Below, piece after piece: positions 1 through 12,435 of a DNA stretch of 64,000 bases (the stretch's first letter is position 1; every line of letters starts with the position of its first letter). Where the stretch lies: the NCBI GenBank assembly GCA_031539225.1, contig JAVKLJ010000001.1:19791-83790 (forward strand), in the 5' to 3' direction. Origin of the DNA: Patescibacteria group bacterium. Its GTDB lineage: Bacteria > Patescibacteriota > Gracilibacteria > BD1-5 > UBA2023. The notes under the pieces were generated by a model that saw only the letters and a program-made list of their open reading frames with translations, was not told the origin of the DNA and did no database searches. Both the position numbers and the translations under genes were made by a program.

Positions 1-309
1 TCCGGTCACTCCAACATCACCAGTCTGAATAGTAAGTAAATCTCACTCTCTGAGTATGGATTTCTTATTTTTTAGATGAAATTCACTTGATACAAATTTT
101 ATTCCATAAAAATCAAATCAAGTTTCATTAACATTGTAACCTTGTATATATAGAACTCAGTTCTCTTCAACATAATGATCAGTTGCTTTTCAAACAAATC
201 CATTCGTAATGAGTGTTGTAAGTTTTCTCATTGTTTCAGTCTTCCACTCACCTTGAAATTCCCGAAATCTGAGTTTCGGTATTTTTGATGTAATTTCTTT
301 CTGTGACAT
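1..309 (-). CDS. hsdS: Type I restriction-modification specificity subunit HsdS, 5' part only (gene runs off the left edge)
   Basis: ATG at 307-309, 4 nt after the hsdM stop. With TGA=Gly it reads MSQKEITSKIPKLRFREFQGEWKTETMRKLTTLITNGFVGKATDHYVEENGVLYIQGYNV..LLTIQTGDVGVTG. This is the usual HsdS N-terminus (PKLRF.EF.GEW) and first target-recognition domain. Confidence 0.75.
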
Positions 310-312
310 AGA

Positions 313-1893
313 CTAAAATGGTGATTTTATACCAAGTTCTGCACAATATTTTCTAACTGATTCATCGAGAGTTCTCATATCAGCATATATAGATTGGATT
401 TCAGTTGCTACGGCATCTATATCTATTTCTTCCTCTTCCTCAAATGTATCGACATATCGAGAGATATTGAGATTATAGTCGTTTTGTCGGATTTCCTCAC
501 GAGTAGCAAGATGAGAGTATTTTTCTATCACTTCGCGATTGCGATAAGTGGATATGATTTTCTCAATATGCTCGTCTCGGAGGATATTTTGATTTTTCAC
601 TTTCTCGAATCCTGCACTTGCATCGATAAAGAGGATATCTTCAGGATGTTCACGACACTTCTTGTACACCATGATACACGCAGGGATACTGGTACCATAG
701 AAGAGATTGGCGGGGAGTCAGATAACCGCATCGAGATAGTTGCGATCCTCGATGAGGTATTTGCGGATGCGTTGCTCTGCTCCACCACGAAATAGTGCTC
801 CATGAGGGAGGACGACAGCCATAGTTCCATTGTCATCGAGCTGATAGATCATATGTTGCACGAATGCGAAGTCAGCCTTCGAGCTCGGTGCGAGTTCTCC
901 ATATTGTGAGAATCTATCATCACTCATCTTGAGACTATCTGCTTTCCATTGAGCAGAGAATGGTGGATTTGCGACTATTGCTTCGAATCGCTTTCCGAGG
1001 TGTTGAGGATGTTCGAGAGTATCTTCTTGTTTGATATTGAAGTTTTGATAGGGTACTCCGTGAAGTAGAAGATTCATACGAGCGAGATTGTATGTCGTAT
1101 GATTCATCTCTTGTCCGTAGAAGTCAGTCACATCTCAACTCACTTCACGAGCAACTCGGAGGAGGAGTGAGCCAGAACCACATGTTGGATCGTAGACGGA
1201 TTTGAGGCGAGTTTTGCCAGTTGTGACAATTTTCGCAAGGACTCGAGAGACTTCTTGTGGTGTATAGAATTCTCCCGCCTTTTTCCCTGCCGCACTGGCA
1301 AATTGTCCGATGAGGTATTCGTATGCATCACCGAGGATATCTATCTCAGCATCATGGAGACGGAAATCAATCTGATCAAGTTCGTAGAGGATTTTTGATA
1401 TGAGTTCATTTTTCTGATCTTCTGTTTTTCCGAGCTTCTGAGAACCGAGATCAATATCAGAGAAAAGTCCATCGAAATCATCCTCACTCTCAGAACCCAT
1501 AGTGGAGTTCTGAATATTTACAAGGATTTTTGAGAGGTCGGAGAGGATAAAATTGCTCGATTCACTACTCATCCTAGATGTTCACTTGTTTGCGAGATAT
1601 GAGAAGAGCTCACTCGGTCGAAGAAAATATCAAATATCTGGAATGAGATTTTCTTTGAGATGCGAGAGGATTTCTTTTCCTTCAATCGTAGCTTCATCGA
1701 TTTTTGTGTAATCGGTGATATCTTCATTCTCGAGGAGTTTATTTGCTGCAAGGAGGAGTTTTTCTGAGAGATACTTATAAAATATGAATCCGAGCATATA
1801 GCGTCGGAACTCATCTGCATCCATCTTTCCACGGAGTGCATCTGCTATATTCCAGAGGCGTTGTTGGAGTTGTTTTTTCTGTTCTTCGGACAT
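313..1893 (-). CDS. hsdM: Type I R-M N6-adenine DNA methyltransferase subunit HsdM
   Basis: Four standard-code fragments (313-672, 718-1131, 1135-1572, 1630-1941) share one frame and join through TGA. It has the HsdM N-domain (LWNIADALRGKMDADEFRRYMLGFIFYKYLSEK), the AdoMet motif DPTCGSGSLL and the catalytic NPPF. TAG stop at 313-315. Start taken at MSEEQKK. Confidence 0.9.
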
Positions 1894-1952
1894 ATTTGAT
1901 ATTATTGTTACCAATCCGCCATATTCTACACAAACCTCCATTTTCTCAAAAC

Positions 1953-1981
1953 AAAAAAACCATCACTTTAATGGTTTTTTA
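1953..1981. terminator. Symmetric A-tract/stem/T-tract hairpin downstream of tex
   Basis: aaaaaaaccat-cacttta-atggtttttt: a 10-11 bp stem flanked by an A-run and a T-run, between the tex stop and the hsdM start. Confidence 0.55.
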
Positions 1982-2002
1982 TTTTTTAGGTAAATACTGC
2001 TT

Positions 2003-4084
2003 CTATATCCCACGCATCGAGAGCTGGATTTTCTTGGTTTCTGGATCGATTTTCATGATACGAACTTGGACAGATTGTCCTACTTGGACATAGTCGAGAG
2101 GATTTTTCACGAACTGATCTGCGAGTTCTGAGATATGGACGAGTCCGTCATTTTTGAGTCCGACATCGACAAATGCTCCAAATGCCACCACATTTCGCAC
2201 GATACCCGAGAGAATATCTCATTCATGGAGATTTTCGAAACTGGATTTTTTCTTTGCTTCAGTATGCCCAGAGTGTACTCGTGGATCTCTCCCCATAGAG
2301 GCATATGCATCACGGATAAAGGCGATAGTTTCTCGTGTTACGCTCGGATAGAGACCCATGAGAACATCTTTGTAGTCACCAAAATTTGCTGGTGTGATGT
2401 CTTTCTCAAGAACAAAACGAGCAAGTGGATACTGTTCTGGGTGGATATTGGTATTATCGAGTTGTTCTGGGCTTTCAGGAACTCGCAAAAATCCTATCGC
2501 CTGTTCGTAGGCTTTTTCTGAGAGAACTTTTGTGAGAGCAGCACGAGAGGTGTATGGACGGTGATTGTAGACTTTTTTTGCGGAGCGTTTATCGAGTCCA
2601 GATATATGCTCGAGTACTGAGATAGAGGCGATATTCACATTGACTCAGACTTCGTTGACGACATCTTCGACGGTGTAGCCGAGTTTTTCTTCGAGTTTTT
2701 TCGGAGTGATATCATGTTGATACATACCGACTCCGATGCTTCCGACGGGGATCTTCACGAGTTCAGAGAGTGGATCGATATATCGTCTCGCGATAGAGAT
2801 AGTCCCACGATCTGTCGCATCGAGATCGGGAAACTCTAGTCCTGCAAGATCAGATGCCGAGTAGACAGATGCCCCAGACTCATTGACTATATAGATTTTC
2901 TGACTGAGGGTCGCACTCACGAGCTCGACCGTCTCATCTGATCCTGTACCATTTCCGATGACGATGACTCATGGAGTATAGTTATCATTGAGGTTTTTGA
3001 GGATTTTTTTTGCCTCATCGCTTGAGTCGAGAAATATCTTTGAAAATGCGAGTGGATTGCCGAGTGTATCGAGAATGACAATCTTGCAACCTGTACGATA
3101 TCCTGGATCGATACCAAGGATGATATTTCCATATTCTGGACGGGTCATGAGGAGTGAAGCGAGATTGGTCTGGAAAGTCTCGATCGAAGCATCCTCAGCA
3201 CCTGCTGTAAGATCGGATCGCATCTCATTTTCGAGTGAGTCAAAGAGTGCATCATATCCATCATGGATAGCCGTAGCAAGCTCAGGAATGAGGACTCATC
3301 GAGGAAAAAAACTACGGACCTTTTCTTCTCCGATTTCATCTTTTTCGATTTTTATAGAAAGAATCCCAAGATTTTCACCTCGATTCAGAGCCAGTACCTG
3401 ATAGGGCTTGATGGCACTATATCTGATAGAAAAATCCGCATAAATCTCAAATTTCTTTACTTCTCATCGTGTTTTTTCATTGAGCTTTTCGAGCATTTTC
3501 TCACTCTTTTGTTTTGATCGAATGATACCCGTTGCGTGAAAATGAGAACGAAGCGTATCACGAATAATCGCATCAGAAGATATCTCTGCGGCGATGATAC
3601 AGATAGCTCATTCGAGAATCTCCTCTCGAGGAAAGAGAGCAAGAAGATCAGATGGAAGTTCGAATGGGATATTTTTTTTGATGAGATCGGCAATGGATTG
3701 AAATCCCTTTTCTATAGCGATCATCGCCTTTGTTTTTTTCTTTTGTCTGTAGGGCGCGTAGATATCTTCGACTTCTTTTTGCGTTTTCGCTTTTTCGATA
3801 TTGGCTCTGAGCTCTGGGGTGAGTTTGCCTTGTTCATGGATCCCTGTGAGAGCCGTGATTTTCGTTTTATGGAGATTTTCCTCCGATTTTTGGAGTTCGA
3901 TAATTTCACGAATCTGTTTTTCATCGAGTCATCCAGTTCGCTCCTGACGATATCGAGCGATAAATGGCACAGTCGAACCCTCAGCCGTGAGAGTCAATAC
4001 GGCATCTACCTGAGACGGACGAAATGTGAGAGCTCCTGAAATGAGGGAAATATAGTTGGGTTCTGCAGGAAGGAGGAGTTCCAT
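2003..4084 (-). CDS. tex: Tex-like transcription accessory protein (YqgF/RuvC-like, HhH and C-terminal S1 domains)
   Basis: Fragments 2003-2200, 2219-2638, 2645-2920, 2969-3223 and 3929-4084 are in one frame. I translated 3224-3928 codon by codon and found only TGA interruptions. N-terminus STVPFIARYRQERTG, S1 domain GAFVDVGLKNDGLVHISEL. TAG stop at 2003. Confidence 0.88.
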
Positions 4085-4270
4085 AATTGTACAAAAATAA
4101 ATAAAGAAAAGTACGGGTATAGTATGGATTTTTTTGAAAAACCAAAAAATAAGAAAAGAACTTTTTCCTGCTAGAAAAAGTTTTGATTTTTGAAAATATT
4201 GCGATATACTGCCTTTGTTCACGACAAAAGAGTCTCCCAAAAGTGTTAGTGCTTCCGGACGGCTCTTTTT

Positions 4271-4771
4271 TTATGTTCTATATTGTATGAGTTTTTTCAC
4301 TCTATCTTGTGAGAGATTCATCCCATAGATATCTTTAAATGGTTTATATAGAGACGAATATGACTGATTTGGAAAAAGGATTTTCTTGAGTCGAGATTTT
4401 TCTATGAGATATTTTACTGGCTTTATATAGTCACCATCTCCAGTCACGAGTACTATTTTATGAAAGTCATCTTCTTCGAGGAGTCGGTGCATGATTTCAT
4501 ATACGATATCCACATCAACATTTCACTTTTTCTTTCATTTCATATTCTGATGATGTTCTCGAAATTCGAGGATAAATCCTGATTTCTGTATTTTTCGGTA
4601 CATGACTTGATTGTCTTCATCGAGAAATCAGAGAAATATATACGCTTCTTCTACACAAAATTTATCCCTGAGATAAATACGAAATCTCTCAAAATCCACT
4701 TTCCATCAGGATGATGTTGTACCAAGATGGAGATTTTGACCATCGATGAATGCGATATTTCTTTCTTTCAT
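4271..4771 (-). CDS. NYN-domain (LabA/DUF88-like) putative RNase
   Basis: MKERNIAFIDGQNLHLG...VDVDIVYEIM...KIVLVTGDGDYIKPVKYL. The layout is D..N at the N-terminus, an acidic DVD in the middle and GD(G/S)D, typical of NYN/LabA. Four in-frame TGAs. TAA stop at 4271. Confidence 0.7.
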
Positions 4772-4789
4772 GTATAAAATAAGGATAAT

Positions 4790-5380
4790 CTATCCCCTCC
4801 CCCGAAACGCACTCAAAAGCGTAATCTCGTCAGCATATTCGATAGAACCAGCATGTGGAAGCCCCTTAGAAAGTCGAGAAATTTTTATAGCACGGGGCAT
4901 ATGCTCCATGGCATAGAGTGCTGTTGCCTCTCATTCGATATTTGGATTCATCGCGAGGATGATCTCATCGATCACGGTATTTGTAATAATCCGTTCAAAG
5001 AGAGAATCATAGTGGAGCTTATCCGGAGTGACTCACTGTATCGGAGAGATGACACCACCGAGTACATGATATCGTCCACGATACACTCATGTCCGCTCTA
5101 TAGAAAGCATATCAAGGTAATCCTCTACTACACAGAGAGTATGAGTATCTCGTTTTTCATCATTACAGATACGACATACTGGAGAGTCAGATTCCGTCAT
5201 ACCATGACAGAGAGTACATTCTGATACATTTTCATGGAGGTCTGAAAGCGCCTTTGCAAAATTCCGTACATATGCAGGATTTGCCTTGAGAAGAAAAAAT
5301 GCCAGTTTCGCAGCAGTTTTTTCTCAGATTCACGGAAGATAGTGAATCATATCGATGAGTCGTTTGAGGGATTCTGGCAT
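4790..5380 (-). CDS. recR: Recombination protein RecR
   Basis: MPESLKRLIDMIHYLPGIGEKTAAKLAFFLL (both Gly of PGIG are TGA), a C4 zinc finger CTLCHG..CRIC and a Toprim region. 197 codons with a TAG stop. Confidence 0.9.
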
Positions 5381-5381
5381 A

Positions 5382-5738
5382 TTATTCTTTGAGAGTATTT
5401 TTCATCACGATAAATGTCGGCTTCTGTATCTCTATCATTCGCGATACGGCAGGAGAGCTCACAACCGCATCAATAGACTTCCCTTCTGCTATACGGATAT
5501 CGAGGAGATTTTCCTGAAATGAGAGTTCCCTATATTGCACCTGAAGCGTACGGATATTGTATCCTTTTGTTGCATTTTGATTCAGAATCCAGACATAGTA
5601 GACACCGAGGAGAGCAATCATCACGATAGCGAGAATATATGTCTGAGTAAATGAAAGTCTAAAATGTTCTCGAGCGGCTTTTCGCTCAGAGAAGAATGAG
5701 ATATGTCATTTTTTTGCTACGAGAACATTGGCATTCAT
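5382..5738 (-). CDS. Small single-pass membrane protein, FtsL-like (position after rsmH)
   Basis: One TM helix (YILAIVMIALLGVYYVWIL) followed by a coiled segment. It sits directly downstream of rsmH, as ftsL does in dcw clusters. The function call rests on position and topology only. Confidence 0.45.
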
Positions 5739-5759
5739 AAGACAAAAGTTTTGAGGGAT

Positions 5760-6665
5760 TTATTTCTTTTCTACGATTCTGAGTTTCGCACTTCGACTTC
5801 TGGGATTTTCGGCTATTTCATCTGGAGTTGGCTCGATGGGTTTTTTTGTATATTTTGAGAGGAGTGCTGGGACTTTCGTTTGTCAGGTGATTTCATCTTG
5901 TTCATCTTTGAGATACTGCGCAAATATGTTTTTGACGAGTCTATCTTCGAGAGAGTGAAATGTGATAACAGCGATTTTTCCTCCTGGGGCAAGATGCTGG
6001 ATAGCATATTCGAGAGAGTCTTCGATATGAGCAAATTCATCATTCACAGCAATACGCAATGCCTGGAAACATCGAAGTGGTGATTTTTGGTCGAAACTTG
6101 CCTCTGCGATGATATCACGAAGCTTTGCTGTTGTATCTATACGCATAGTTTTTCGCTTTTCGATAATAGCACGGGCGATATAGCGAGACTTGGGCTCATC
6201 AGCATAGCGGAAAAATACACGAGCAAGCTCTTCTTCAGAAGTGGTATGGATAAAATCTTCAGCCGTACGACCGTGTGTCCGATCAAATCGCATATCCAGT
6301 GGTCCATCCATACGCAGCGAAAATCCACGAGAACCATCATCATAGTGGAGACTACTGACTCAGAGATCATAGAGGATAAAATCTATTTTTTTCTCTTCTT
6401 TGAGTATATCCGCTATTTGAGCAAAACTCTCATTATAAAGAGAGACTTTTGCCTGCGTTTCGATAGATTCGAGTTTTTCTTTTGCGAGGACAAAGTTATC
6501 TCTATCACGATCAAAACCTATAAGCTCATCTCAATTTCCGAGAAAAGAAAGGAGCATACTCGCATGTCCACCGAGACCGAGTGTTGCATCGATCACCGTT
6601 TTTTTCGATGGATGGAGAGAAAAAACAGAACGAATTTCCTCAAAAAGTACTGGAGTATGAGACAA
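5760..6665 (-). CDS. rsmH: 16S rRNA (cytosine1402-N4)-methyltransferase RsmH (MraW)
   Basis: SHTPVLFEEI..IDATLGLGGHA..YDLGVSSLHYDD..RGFS..GPLDMRFD..ITFHSLEDRLVK..NPRSRSAKLRIVEKK. ORF 5883-6311 continues through TGA on both sides. No ATG is available, so the start was placed at TTG 6663-6665. Confidence 0.9.
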
Positions 6666-6831
6666 AAGTACAAGCGATAAATGATAAAAACGAACGCTTC
6701 AAAGATAGTATTTTTTCTGTTCCTGTCAAACCAAAATGGAGTAAAGTTTTTGACAAAAAATACACAAAAATCTCGACAAATAGAGAGATTGTGAAAAAAA
6801 TGGCAAAAAACTCCCCATTTTCTTTTGAAAA

Positions 6832-8475
6832 ATGAGGTATTTTTTCTATAATCAGCCCATGCCACAATTTAAAACAAAAAAACTCAAAACAGTCACTCCA
6901 ACAGATAATGAAGGAATAATCCCAGAAAACACAATCATCAAAAAAAGACTCAGATACATCATCGGAGGATTTCTCGTGGTTTTAACTGGGGTTTTTCTCA
7001 TAAACATGGGAATACAAGCTATGAGTAATATTCGTCTTTGAAGTTCTACTGGAGCTATTTTTAAGCCGATTACATTTCCTATATTTTCGACAAAACCAAC
7101 AGATGAAAGTGTGACGAACATCCTCATTGCTGGAATCTGAGGAAAATGACACGAATGAGGAAATCTCACCGACTCACTCATGCTCGCATCGTTTGATGCA
7201 AAAAATAAACAAGTGACACTTCTCTCTCTTCCGAGAGACCTATTTGTAGCATATCCAAATCATACCTGAGCAGGCCGCATCAATACACTCTATGGAATAG
7301 GGAAGGAAAATGGGGAAGGAATAAATCTCCTCGCAAATAAAGTATCAGAAATCACGGGACAACCAATACAACACTATCTCGTTATCGACTTCGGATGATT
7401 TAAAGATCTCGTCGATGCACTTGGTTGAGTTGAGGTAGATGTCCCTCATGATCTCGTCGACCGCGAATATCCAGATGAAAACTGGGGATATACGACTTTT
7501 GTTGTTCGAGCATGAACACAGACATTTGATGGAAATACCGCCCTCAAGTATGCGAGAAGTCGACATTCGACGAGTGACTTTGATAGATCAGAACGACAGC
7601 AAATACTCATAAAAGCAATCAAGAATAAAGCACTGCAACTCGAAATACTCACGAACCCATCAAAAATAAAATCTCTGTATGATACAATATTATCCCATCT
7701 CGATAGCGATCTCACTCTTGGAAATATAGTAGATTTAGGTATCAAATTCCAAGACATACCATCCGATCATATCCATGTATACAATCTCAATAATGAGTGC
7801 TATTGAAGTATTTGTTCTGCATGAGCCTATCTCTATACCCCATCACGAGAATACTTTGGCGGAGCATCAGCTGTGATTCCGGAAAATGCAACAGCACAAA
7901 AACTCAGTGTCTATGATGATATAAAGAGATTTGTAAGTTTCATCTTTACATTTCCAGATATAAGAAATGATCGATATCCGATAAATATCATCACAACAAA
8001 AACAAATGAGAAGCAAGCAAAGAGACTTCTTCTCGAATTTCAAAAAATGTGACTTCAGATGGAGCCAAATAATGCCATACTCTTTACTGGATGACTCGAT
8101 ACTTCCCATATAAATATATATTGGAATATGGATGCTGACATAGGATTCTCTCCTGAAAATCTGATTGTAAAGGCACTGAAATCTATCGAGGAAACAATAC
8201 CATATATCAGTGTTTCACATAATGAGTTTATCACCGATAAATGACCTCGTATAGAAATAGTTCTCGGAAAAGATGCTTCGTCATATTTTTCTTTTGCAAA
8301 AACACCTTTTTATCTCCCACTCATCGAATCTACAGGAAGTAATAGTACAACAGGAAATACTCTTTCATCTGAAGGAAAAGTAAATAAAATAAATACCTCT
8401 ACAAAAACACAAACAAAAACCATCCCCTCAACTACTCCATACACGGTAGCACCTGGGGAATGGGAAAACTTTTAG
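6832..8475 (+). CDS. LytR-CpsA-Psr (LCP) family cell-envelope polymer transferase with a long C-terminal extension
   Basis: I translated the full length and found only TGA interruptions. It has an N-terminal TM helix, NILIAGIGGKGHEGGNLTDSLMLASFD..LLSLPRDL..INTLYG..IQHYLVIDFGGFKDLVDALGGVEVDV and ALKYARSRHSTSDFDRSERQQ. The start could instead be the ATG at 6859. Confidence 0.85.
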
Positions 8476-8495
8476 TTGTTTTACCAATAATAACT

Positions 8496-11400
8496 ATGAG
8501 ACATCTCTCAAAAAAACTCCATGAGATTATTCGTTCAAAAAGAAAAAGAACCAATTTTTCCATGCATCCTCTGAGGAAAATAATTGGAATATGCGTCATG
8601 ATAGGGAGCCTATTACTTTGATGAACTCTTTTGTATTTTTTTCATGGAATGCCATCTATAGAGTCTATGGCAAATGGGAACTTTTTTCGTGAAAGTAGTG
8701 TTATTTATGATAAAGATGGGAATGAAATTTATAGTATTTTCAAAGATGGAAAACGCACATATATTCCCTATGATACAATATCTCAGTCAATAAAAGATGC
8801 TATCATCAGTGCGGAAGATAGGACATTTTTCGAAAATCCAGGAGTAGACTTTCGTGGTCTCCTCAGAGTGGCTGCAACCTATGTCACAGGAAACTATGGA
8901 CGAGTATGATGAGCATCGACGATTTCTCAGCAACTTATCAAAAATACACTCCTTTCAAACGAACGATCAATAAAACGAAAAATTCAAGAAGGATATCTCT
9001 CCTATAGGCTCAATAATAACTACACAAAAGAGAAGATTCTCGAAATGTACCTTAATGCTATATCATTTGGATATAATGCAAATGGTATTGAACAAGCTTC
9101 TCGCACATTTTTCGGGAAGAGTGCAAAAGATGTCTGACCACTCGGAGCAACGATACTTGCTTCTCTTCCAAATGGACCGACAAAATTTTCACCATACCTC
9201 CATCGCGATGTACTTATGGGAAAACTCGATGTCTATCCAACGGGGAATCCTGAAAATACAAAGACACTTATCACAACCGAAGATAAAAAGAATTATGCAT
9301 CCCTTTATACTGGATTTAAATCATACATAGGTTCGTTGACTTTCAATAGATCCGATAAATGACTCAAGGTATGTAATGTTATAAATGCTAATATAAAATG
9401 ATGAGTATTTGAAGCAGATGATACAGGTTGTATCAGTCTCGCATTTAATGATGTTATCAAATTTTTCTCAAATATTACGATAGAAAAAGAAATATCAACA
9501 GAAAATGGGTTACAAAAATATACGATTGAATATACAATCGGAAGAAAAGACTTTGTCGCCTCTCAAATGCTCGAAGATGCAAAAATAGACGGACCAACAT
9601 TTGGAAAAATACTCTCTGATGGTATTGACTTTGAATTTAAAAAATACTCTGAAAATATCAAGTATCCATATTTTGTGATGTATATAAAAGAATATCTGGA
9701 AAATAAATATGGCAAAGATATCGATATCACAAGTGGTCTAAAAATCTATACAACTATTGATCCAAAACTCCAGGAAAAAGCAGAAGAACTCATAAAAAAA
9801 CAAGTTGCCATAAATAAAGTACAGTACTGAGCATCCAGTGCTGCACTCGTGAGTATGGATAATACCTCTGGAAAACTCCTCGCTATGGTGGGTGGTCCGG
9901 ATTATTTTGATATAGAACATGGAGGTAATAATAATATGGCAACGGCACTGAGACAACCTGGGTCATCCTTTAAGCCATTTATCTATTGACTCGCAATTTC
10001 AAAAAATCCAATAGGTCCAGAAAGTCCTATTGCTGATGCAAAAACAGACTTTGGAGAATGGACACCAGACAACTATGATAGAGAATTTTATGGTGTCATG
10101 ATGGTAAAAAACGCTCTAGCATATTCACGAAACATCCCTGCTATCAAAATGTTTTATCTTGCAGGTGGCGAAGATACGATTATAAAATTTGGGAAGAGTC
10201 TCGGACTTGGTACTCTCAAGGAAAATGCTTGATATGGAGCGCCTCTCGCTATAGGAACTGCGGAAGTGAGACCACTTGATATGATGCAAGCATATAGTGT
10301 CTTTGCAAATCTTGGGATAAAAAGAGATTTTTATGCTATAGAGAAAATAGAAGATAGCGATGGAAATATTATTGAGGAAAAAATAGCTTCCGAAAAAGAT
10401 AATACCATCTTCTCACCAGAAGCAAGCTATATAGTCAATAGTATCCTCTCGGATAATAGTGCTCGACCAGAATCCACATTTTGGAGAAATGCGCTCAGTA
10501 TAGGATGAAAAATAGTTGCAGCAAAAACAGGAACTTCGAATAAGGATCTCAGTAAAAATGGAGAGAAGAAAATTCTCCCACGAGATCTCTGGACTATATG
10601 ATATACTCCGGATATCACGACGGTTGTTTGGGCTGGAAATGTCGATGGAAAAGAAACAAAGTGAAATTGTGACGGGCTCAATTGTGCGGCCCCTATTTGG
10701 CGTGGTTTTATGGATTTTGCTCTCAAGGGTAAGGAAAACACCGGATGGAAAAAACCAAGTGGACTCTATACATATAACATAGTGAAATCGAGTGGGAAAC
10801 TCGCCACCTCAGATACTCCTGCGGATCAAATTGTCAGCACACTTATGGCGGTAAAATTTGATAAATACGATGATGGACTCAAGGAAATAGAAGTTGATTC
10901 ACTCTGTAATGGTCCTGTAGCAGAAAATACGCCACCCGAAGCAATAAAAAAAATATACATTCCTGGCTCAAAACCAATCATCGATGGATATGATCCTGCA
11001 TGGACTTCTGGATTTTTTGATGCTATAAATAGTACAAAATGAATGACTGGAACCCTTTCTCAAGTAACGCAATCAAATACGCCATGTGAAAGACCAGGTG
11101 GACCAGGAAATATATCAATTTCTATACAATCTGTATGAGTGAGTAGCGAGAAAATAGGCGGAAAGAAAACTATGGAAGTGACATGGATTGGAGACAGAAA
11201 GATTGCAACTCTGAGAATCTCTTACCAAGATGAGGTCAAAAGAGAAATACAATACGCAACAGGAGCAAACGATAGATGAACTGAAAGAATTGCTATAGAA
11301 AATATAAAAGAAGGTGCTGTTTTGAAGGTAGAGGCAATTGATACATTTGGCTTTAAGTACACGGAATCAAAAACCATCGTACAAGAAAGTACTGTGTCCT

Positions 11401-11729
11401 GAACAGACTCGTCAACAAATACACCAGTAGATACAACAATCATAAATCCTGAGATTATCCTCTCAAATCCGAAAAATGGAAAAATCAGCATTTATCTCGG
11501 AGACGCATTTAATCTCCGATTTCAAACGAAAGTATGAACTGCAAATCGAGAAGTACAAGTCTCTATCGATGATACCACACTCCAAAATGCAAATGCATGA
11601 GAATTTTTCGTCATACCAATATCCTCAACAAATCTCACAGCAGGAAACCATTCAGGAAAAATCACTCTTATAGATGGAAATTTTAAAACAACAACAAAGA
11701 AATTTACCATAACTGTTATCCCTCGTTAA
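8496..11729 (+). CDS. Class A penicillin-binding protein (glycosyltransferase GT51 + transpeptidase) with a C-terminal extension
   Basis: GT51 motifs [29 protein letters not shown] and RKIQE. Transpeptidase motifs QPGSSFKP and AAKTGTSN. Fragments 8631, 9567, 10266 and 10710 are all in frame with the ATG at 8496. The tail 11040-11729 was translated and is open. Confidence 0.9.
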
Positions 11730-11730
11730 T

Positions 11731-12408
11731 ATGCACTATAAAAATGTCACTCTCTCATATGGTGAAAGAACTATTCTTCGAGATGTTTCTTTTACTATTG
11801 CACCAGGAGAATTTGTATTTCTCATAGGAGCCTCTGGAAGTGGGAAAACAAGTCTTATTCGTTCAATTATATGATATATATGAGTAAAGCATGGTCATAT
11901 ATACGATGATAGAGAACGCGATATATCTCTTTTGTCTCCAAAAGAACTCATAGCATATAGACGCAATATCGGCATTATCTTTCAAGATTTTAAACTTCTC
12001 CCAAAAAAAACTGTACGGGAAAATGTGGCATTTGCACTCGAAGTAAGTGGATATGGAAAAGATATTATTGGAAAAAGAGTTCCTGAGGTACTCTCTCAAG
12101 TATGACTCCTTTCAAAAAAAGATAAATTTATAGAAACTCTCTCTGGTGGAGAAATACAGAGAGTTTGTATTGCTCGAGCACTCATACACTCCCCTGCTAT
12201 CATCATTGGTGATGAACCAACAGGAAACCTCGACCGAAAAAATGCCGATGAAATTATTATGCTTCTCGAAAAACTCAATCAAGAGGGAAAAACTATCATT
12301 ATGTCTACACATGATGAGTATATAGTAAATACGCTCAAAAAAAGAGTCATCGCTTTTCAGGATGGGAAAATTATCTCTGATACGATAGGAGGAACTTATT
12401 GTCTCTAG
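11731..12408 (+). CDS. ftsE: Cell-division ABC transporter ATP-binding protein FtsE
   Basis: Walker [10 protein letters not shown], signature LSGGEIQR, Walker [13 protein letters not shown]. About 225 aa, FtsE-like in length and sequence. Starts 1 nt after the PBP stop. Confidence 0.8.
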
Positions 12409-12435
12409 CCTTTCAAGTATCTCTAACGAAAAAAT

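Noticed and set aside
4085-4240. N-terminal extension of the tex ORF (MGDSFVVNKG...FIYFCTI).
   Set aside because: Tex homology starts at MELLLPAEPNYISLI. The upstream part is AT-rich leader with Phe/Lys/Ile junk.
6666-6831. Expected an mraZ gene upstream of rsmH. ORFs 6593-6865 and 6640-6867 overlap this spacer.
   Set aside because: Neither frame resembles MraZ, and both are Phe/Ile/Lys-rich junk. The region is better read as a divergent promoter spacer between rsmH and the LCP gene.
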